Below, piece by piece: positions 58,978 through 64,000 of a stretch of DNA of 64,000 nt; position 1 is the stretch's first letter, and every line of letters starts with the position of its first letter. The stretch is from Candidatus Bathyarchaeia archaeon. GTDB lineage: Archaea; Thermoproteota; Bathyarchaeia; Bathyarchaeales; Bathycorpusculaceae. Made by a program: the position numbers and the translations under genes. The stretch is taken from the NCBI GenBank assembly GCA_049521795.1, contig JBEKOM010000001.1, positions 640,001 to 704,000 on the forward strand, in the 5' to 3' direction. The notes beneath the pieces were generated by a model. The model saw only the letters and a list, made by a program, of their open reading frames with translations, was not told where the DNA came from and ran no database searches.

Positions 58978-59472
58978 ATGGACAGGATGAAGGTTCTTTT
59001 CCTGTGTGAACACAATTCAGCTAGATCGCAGATGGCTGAAGGTTTGCTAAGACATCTGTACGGTGAAAAATATGAAGTCTTCAGCGCGGGCGCAAATCCG
59101 ACGCAAGTCAATCCTTTTGCCATCAAGATTATGGCTGAGATAGGAATAGATATTTCCAAGCAGACTTCCAAGAGCATTGAAGAGTTCCGAAACAAGGAAA
59201 TCGACTTGGTTGTCTCAGTGTGCAGAAGCAGCGCCAAGCTAATGTGTTCACTGTGTTCTTCACCAATAGTCATGGGTAGACCAGAGATAATCAACACGAC
59301 AATACCCGGAGCAAAACACTATCTCCACCATGGATTCAACGATCCTTCTGAAGTAATCGGGAGTGACGAGGAAAAGACCATGGCCTTTCGACGCACTAGA
59401 GACGACATCAAACAGTGGATAATTGATAATTTTGCCGATCCAAAGACAATAAGCTCGGACAACGATGCATAG
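58978..59472 (+). CDS. arsC: Arsenate reductase, LMW-PTPase (thioredoxin-coupled) type
   Basis: FLCEHNSARSQMAE, VC......C resolving Cys, DP..FRRTRD. Confidence 0.88.
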   Translation: MDRMKVLFLCEHNSARSQMAEGLLRHLYGEKYEVFSAGANPTQVNPFAIKIMAEIGIDISKQTSKSIEEFRNKEIDLVVSVCRSSAKLMCSLCSSPIVMGRPEIINTTIPGAKHYLHHGFNDPSEVIGSDEEKTMAFRRTRDDIKQWIIDNFADPKTISSDNDA

Positions 59473-59512
59473 GCGCGCGGAATTCTGCGTGCACGCTCAT
59501 GCGCGCGCTTGC
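59473..59512. repeat. Cluster of GC palindromes (GCGCGC, GCGTGCACGC, GCGCGCGC)
   Basis: Starts immediately after the arsC stop, between convergent genes. Confidence 0.7.
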
Positions 59513-59597
59513 GTTCTAATTGCATTGATAACCCGATCACCTCTTGATGCAGAGAAAAATCTACCTGTTATGCCAGGAGCAGTAAAGCTATTTATCA

Positions 59598-60017
59598 TCA
59601 GTCACTGTGATCCTTTTTTGGAGTGACTCTGTTTTTTATTCTGTGTGCGGGGATTTTGTTGTAGGTTGCTGAACATTTCTTTTTGGAGCATTGCCTAGTG
59701 GCAGCCCATTTCAGGATCGGGATCACCGCTTCTCTTAGCCCTTTTCCATCTTTTGTCAATGAGTATTGGACGCGAGGCGGGATTTCGGCAAATGATTCTC
59801 TTTTAATTAGCTCTTCCTCTTGAAGCTGTTTTAGCGTGTCTGCAAGTGTCTTGGGGCTTATGCCGTGTAGTTCTTCCATGAGTTTGTTGAATCTGAGGCT
59901 ACCGTAATTCCCAATTGCGTTTATGATAAGAAGTGCCCATTTCTTGCTTATTACGTCTATGATTCCTTCAAGCGGACAAAAGCAAACTACGTCATTCCTG
60001 TTCTGCGTACCTGTCAC
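59598..60017 (-). CDS. HxlR family winged-helix regulator
   Basis: CP....DVISKKW, GISPKTL...LK.L, PPRVQYSLT. Confidence 0.92.
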   Translation of the reverse strand: MTGTQNRNDVVCFCPLEGIIDVISKKWALLIINAIGNYGSLRFNKLMEELHGISPKTLADTLKQLQEEELIKRESFAEIPPRVQYSLTKDGKGLREAVIPILKWAATRQCSKKKCSATYNKIPAHRIKNRVTPKKDHSD

Positions 60018-60104
60018 TTTCCTTTTGGATAGGAACTATTTCACTATAAACTTGATAGCATAAATACTTTACTTGTAATAGTATCAGAATAGAGGTGATA
60101 ATAA

Positions 60105-60305
60105 ATGGACCAAGAGTGCGGGTGTGGGATGCATCATCATAGACATGAAGACCATTGTGGGTGCGGCATGCATGGAGATGGACACGGGTACAGAAGACGA
60201 TTCTTCACAAAGACCGAAAAAGTTGAGAAGCTGAAGAGCTACGCGGAAGAACTCAAGAATGAACTGAAAGCTGTCGAAGAGAAAATCAAGGAGATGCAGA
60301 GTTAA
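60105..60305 (+). CDS. Small His/Cys-rich coiled-coil protein (DUF5320-like)
   Basis: CGCGMH twice, RRFFTK.EK.E.L..Y...L..EL; GAGGTGA SD. Confidence 0.75.
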   Translation: MDQECGCGMHHHRHEDHCGCGMHGDGHGYRRRFFTKTEKVEKLKSYAEELKNELKAVEEKIKEMQS

Positions 60306-60338
60306 ATATCCATACAACCAATCGGTGTGAGAAGGAAT

Positions 60339-61034
60339 ATGTCGAAACAAAACAATCTCCATGTTTATTCTGCTGGTGCAGTAGCACCCCCAATCAAGAA
60401 ATGCGCAGAAGAGTTCAAAGCAAGATTCGGAACAGAATTCGAGTTTACTGTCGGAAAGGCTGAAAACCTCATAGAAGAAATCGGAGAAACCAAAGAAGGC
60501 GACTTGTTAACTTGCGGTTCAGAGTACATACTTGACCATGCACAGTTGAAGGGATTAATTCTTAAAGAAACAAGAAGAAGCCTTGGTTCAAGAACCTCTG
60601 CTATTCTTGTGCAGACTGGAAATCCGAAAAAAATAAAGTCAATGTCCGATTTGGCGAAAGAAGGAATGCATCTTGGTGTTTCTGTAAGTGGCTGTTTGAC
60701 TGGGGTCTGGGATGATTTAGCAACTAAAGCGGGATTTGCCGAGCAAATCAGAAAGAACACCATTGCTTATGCCGATGGATGTGGGGAATTGATGTCTTTT
60801 GTCAACAAGAAGAAAGTGGATGCAGTTCTGGGATGGGATGCCTTCAAGAACTTGAACATGCAAACTATGGATAAAATAGACTTGCCGAAAGACCTTCAAG
60901 TGCACAGAAGTACAGCTATAGGGGTCATTTCTTTCTCCAAGAACAGAGACCTTGCGAAGAAATTCATCGACTTCCTTGTGTCCGTCAGCGGTAAGAAGAT
61001 TTATGAAGAATACGGCTGGCATCATTTAAGCTAG
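60339..61034 (+). CDS. ModA-like oxyanion-binding protein without signal peptide
   Basis: LHVYSAGA, ILVQTGNPKKIKSMSDLAKEG, LAKKFIDFL..GKKIYEEYG. Confidence 0.8.
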   Translation: MSKQNNLHVYSAGAVAPPIKKCAEEFKARFGTEFEFTVGKAENLIEEIGETKEGDLLTCGSEYILDHAQLKGLILKETRRSLGSRTSAILVQTGNPKKIKSMSDLAKEGMHLGVSVSGCLTGVWDDLATKAGFAEQIRKNTIAYADGCGELMSFVNKKKVDAVLGWDAFKNLNMQTMDKIDLPKDLQVHRSTAIGVISFSKNRDLAKKFIDFLVSVSGKKIYEEYGWHHLS

Positions 61035-61121
61035 CTGGGATAGAACTATCCTCCATAATTTTTAAGTCTGTTAGAGCATGTATGTAGGTTGAAGAGAAAT
61101 CGGAACTTGAAGTTCAGCTTT

Positions 61122-61133
61122 AGCGCGCGCGCT
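61122..61133. repeat. Perfect palindrome AGCGCGCGCGCT
   Basis: Intergenic; member of the iterated GC motif family. Confidence 0.7.
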
Positions 61134-61385
61134 GAAGGAGAATTTCAGCTTCAAGATGAAAATCAACCGAACCATAACGTGCGAATTCAGAGATCTAAAC
61201 AAGGAGTGCTTGAAGAAAAAATGTCCATTTTACCTAGAAAATTGAGGGAAATTCTCTTCGCGTGCGCTCCATTTTTTTCTGTTTGATGTGTGCTCTGGTA
61301 GTTCTTATACTGAGTGTCAGCAACCTGACGTGCAGACTGGATGGTATTCAGCTTGAGCAAGACCAAGCATAGAATGTTGGTATCC

Positions 61386-61937
61386 ATGGGGAAAAATGTT
61401 GAAGCTCTTGCCGGAGAAGCGATAAGCGAGAAGGTCATGGAAGGCAGCGAAGAAATAACCGAGAAAACTGACAAGATCAGGACAGCTGAATGGGTCAGAG
61501 GCGTGATGGAAAGACTGGACGCCTTGGTCAGCGAAGAAACGAGGATTCAGATCATGGAGAACTGTGGCCGCGACTGTGCTGATGTAAACAAGAGGGTCAT
61601 CGACAGGGCCAAATTGAACCGCAAGAAGTTCAAGAGCGCAGACGAGTTTCTTGAGGCAGAACAGAAAAAGCCTATGACTGGAACAAGACTCGTTAGAGAA
61701 AGCAACGTGCTCTACCAGTTCTACACGCCGAAGGCGTTCACTAGGCCGAAGAGGTGCTATTGCGGTTTGCTGAGAGGACTTCCTGACAGGACAACCGTAT
61801 CGAAAACGTACTGCCACTGCTCGAAAGGGTTTGTTAAGAAATTCTGGGAAAGTGTTCTTGAGAGACCTGTGAAGGTTGAACTCATCCAATCAGCTGTCTC
61901 GGGCGCAAATGAATGCAAGTTTGCCATTCATCTCTGA
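61386..61937 (+). CDS. DUF6144-like Cys-containing protein
   Basis: CGRDC, CYC, TYCHCSKG..W...L.RPVKVEL.QS...G..EC.F. Confidence 0.7.
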   Translation: MGKNVEALAGEAISEKVMEGSEEITEKTDKIRTAEWVRGVMERLDALVSEETRIQIMENCGRDCADVNKRVIDRAKLNRKKFKSADEFLEAEQKKPMTGTRLVRESNVLYQFYTPKAFTRPKRCYCGLLRGLPDRTTVSKTYCHCSKGFVKKFWESVLERPVKVELIQSAVSGANECKFAIHL

Positions 61938-62021
61938 CGGTGAGGAGAGGCAAAGGGTAAAAAATCTCTTGCGTGGCGCTCTAAAGAGACAGAAACAGGA
62001 TGGTAATACTATGCTGCAAAT

Positions 62022-62690
62022 CTAGGTTGTTTTGATTCCGGTGCGTGCGCTGTGCGTGTCGTAGAGTTTGTGTTTGTAGTATCCCTTTGCAGTGTATAAT
62101 GCTCCAACGGGATTGTGGCATAAGACCCTGTCCTTAGCAACCAAGACTGTTACGGGTGCTTTGGAATACTTGATGAAGGTTGAGTCATGTCCCACACAGA
62201 GTCCTACAATTATGTTCAATTCCGTTTTCGCCTTGTTCATGATTAGAGCTTGTGCTACTGGGTTGCAAATAGGCTCGAAGGCACCGGGATGCACTTTCTC
62301 ACTGTCTTTCAGTCCCAACTCTTCCTTTGGAACACCACCAGTCTTACAGAATACAAAAGTCACCTGAAAGCCGTTGGACTCTAAAATATCTGTCAATATT
62401 TTTCCCTCCTCGGCCAACCCTGCACAGCAGGCAACACCCAGCTTGTCGAAATTCATCGTTCTGGCAAATTCCATCGTGTCCTCGACTCTGGTCCACTTCA
62501 TATAACCCTCTGACTCCACCAGAGCAGAAGCATGAGCTAATTTCGCTACGCCAGGTTTTTCATATTCTTCCCTAGCTTTCTTTAAAACATCTTTCTCAAC
62601 GTTCATCGGACAAAAATCCAGCTTGGAAGTAACTCGAGCTCGTTGAGGATGTTCGCACACGAAAACGGTACATTTGCTACATTTAACCAC
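62022..62690 (-). CDS. DUF1847 family metal-binding protein
   Basis: TRVED.MEFA, GVACCAGL, FCK.GG, CNPVAQA, GLCVGHD, KDRVLCHNP. Confidence 0.85.
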   Translation of the reverse strand: MVKCSKCTVFVCEHPQRARVTSKLDFCPMNVEKDVLKKAREEYEKPGVAKLAHASALVESEGYMKWTRVEDTMEFARTMNFDKLGVACCAGLAEEGKILTDILESNGFQVTFVFCKTGGVPKEELGLKDSEKVHPGAFEPICNPVAQALIMNKAKTELNIIVGLCVGHDSTFIKYSKAPVTVLVAKDRVLCHNPVGALYTAKGYYKHKLYDTHSARTGIKTT

Positions 62691-62850
62691 GATCTTTCCC
62701 CGCGAATAGGATAACGTTGTTTCTGCAGAACTTATGTCTTACCCGTCGCGTCACATTGTGAATTCCCATTTGCACCCTGCGCGGGCGCTGACCATTTATC
62801 TTAAATATGCAGCGGCTAAACACGAATCGATATGGTGCAAGGCGATAGTA

Positions 62851-63705
62851 ATGGACGTCAAGATTACCAACATCTACAATAATGAGGCTTTGCCCGGGAA
62901 AGGCCTCAAAAGTGGGCACGGAGAATGCTTTCATATCGCAATGGGCGACAAACAGATTCTTCTTGATACTGGATGGAAAGGCGGAAAACTCCTGCATAAT
63001 ATGAAGAGACTGGGAATAGATGCTGATTATATCGATAAGTTGGTGCTTTCGCATGGTCACAGGGATCACACGGGCGGGTTGAAATCGTTTCTTGGGGTGA
63101 GACCAGTCCAGAAACCAGTGCAGATCTTTGCGCATCCAAGTGCTATGGAGCCCAAGTCAGCGAAGATATTCTTGTTTCACATCTCGATGGGATTGCCAAA
63201 GCTTAGTAGGGAACTGACCAAAAAAGCGGAATTTCATTTGACTAAAGATTCAGTTGAAGTGCTTCCGAACCTCGTTACGACGGGAGAGATTCCGATTGCG
63301 GAACGACTGGAGAAGCCGGGGATAGTGACGGGTGCGTTTCATAAGGTTAATGGACGGCGGGAGTGGGATCCTGTCATTGACGATTTGTCGCTGATTCTTG
63401 AAGCAAAAGATGGATTAGTGTTGGTGACTGGTTGCTGTCATGCGGGATTGTTGAATACGTGTGCACGTGCCACACGACTCTTCAATGGGAGAATCATTGC
63501 CATACTCGGGGGCACTCACATGGTGGAATACTCGCAAGAGGATGTTGACCACGTAGGAGAGGTTCTGGAAAAGGTGTATGGAACTCCGGAACTGTACTTG
63601 AATCATTGCACCGGAAAAGACGCCATTGGACGACTGAGAGGCAAATTTGGATCAGAAGTAGTACACGATTGCCACGTGGGCACAGAAGTAGTTTTCAAAA
63701 TCTAA
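62851..63705 (+). CDS. MBL-fold metallo-hydrolase (7,8-dihydropterin-6-yl-methyl-RFA-P synthase-like family)
   Basis: LSHGHRDHTGG, GCCHAG, GGTH, HCTG; start at ATG 62851. Confidence 0.88.
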   Translation: MDVKITNIYNNEALPGKGLKSGHGECFHIAMGDKQILLDTGWKGGKLLHNMKRLGIDADYIDKLVLSHGHRDHTGGLKSFLGVRPVQKPVQIFAHPSAMEPKSAKIFLFHISMGLPKLSRELTKKAEFHLTKDSVEVLPNLVTTGEIPIAERLEKPGIVTGAFHKVNGRREWDPVIDDLSLILEAKDGLVLVTGCCHAGLLNTCARATRLFNGRIIAILGGTHMVEYSQEDVDHVGEVLEKVYGTPELYLNHCTGKDAIGRLRGKFGSEVVHDCHVGTEVVFKI

Positions 63706-63714
63706 GCGCGCGCT
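63705..63714. repeat. Perfect palindrome AGCGCGCGCT
   Basis: Overlaps the MBL stop codon, between convergent genes. Confidence 0.7.
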
Positions 63715-63726
63715 AAATTCCGAAAA

Positions 63727-64000
63727 TCATATTGTAAATTCCCATCTGCACCACGAGTCTGAAGGGTGCTTGTCTGGTGGACAGAACAAACAGCCTACTT
63801 CTACTTTTGGATTCAGAGTCTTCGCGAAATTCTTCAAATATCCAAACCGTACTCTCTTGCAGGGAAATTCGCATAAACCTTTGCCCAGGCGAGCCTCCTG
63901 AGTCCTACACCTATCGATGCCAAGGGTAACCCGCTTGTTTCCAATTTTGATGGTCTTGAAGGGTTGATCCAGTGCCCAACTGGATTTGCGCAAAAGACCA
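63727..64000 (-). CDS. DUF6125-like protein, 3' part (start lies outside the window)
   Basis: CRTQEAR..KGL.EFPCK, FAK.LNP...V.C.FCPPD.HP...WC.WEF. Confidence 0.7.
   Translation of the reverse strand, partial: GLLRKSSWALDQPFKTIKIGNKRVTLGIDRCRTQEARLGKGLCEFPCKRVRFGYLKNFAKTLNPKVEVGCLFCPPDKHPSDSWCRWEFTI

Overview
Archaeal chromosomal window, most likely Bathyarchaeia (inferred from the TACK-type informational gene order, GGTGA/GGAGG SD sites, CARDB+dockerin and PEF-CTERM surface proteins, and Mvh/Hdr without methanogenesis genes). (1) 1-7.4 kb, accessory genes: FNR-like oxidoreductase, PEF-CTERM cupredoxin, CBS, Amt, DCD-like domain, permease remnant, UspA, HD hydrolase, O-methyltransferase. (2) 7.4-30 kb, the conserved minus-strand block L10e-ppsA-dph2-METTL5-csl4-rpoL-DUF99-tfs-pcn-priL-priS-GINS-L44e-S27e-aIF2alpha-nop10-PAC2, interrupted by three cell-envelope insertions. 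(3) 30.7-48 kb, two back-to-back Hdr/MvhD operons (one with MvhAG hydrogenase) followed by an acetate-CoA ligase-GNAT fusion. (4) 48-64 kb, a metal/redox island with two P3A H+-ATPases and an ArsR-divergent operon: HdrA-like minidomain, ferredoxin, four DGC proteins, orphan GcvH, small protein, then ArsC. That operon is the best candidate for an undescribed system. Two non-coding signals also stand out: GCGCGC-type palindromes at gene ends and truncation junctions, and a 67/80-bp element (G7 string plus GGTAA repeats) present twice, 40 kb apart. No rRNA, tRNA, CRISPR array, transposase or integrase was recognised. Family assignments come from motif recognition by eye, not database searches.
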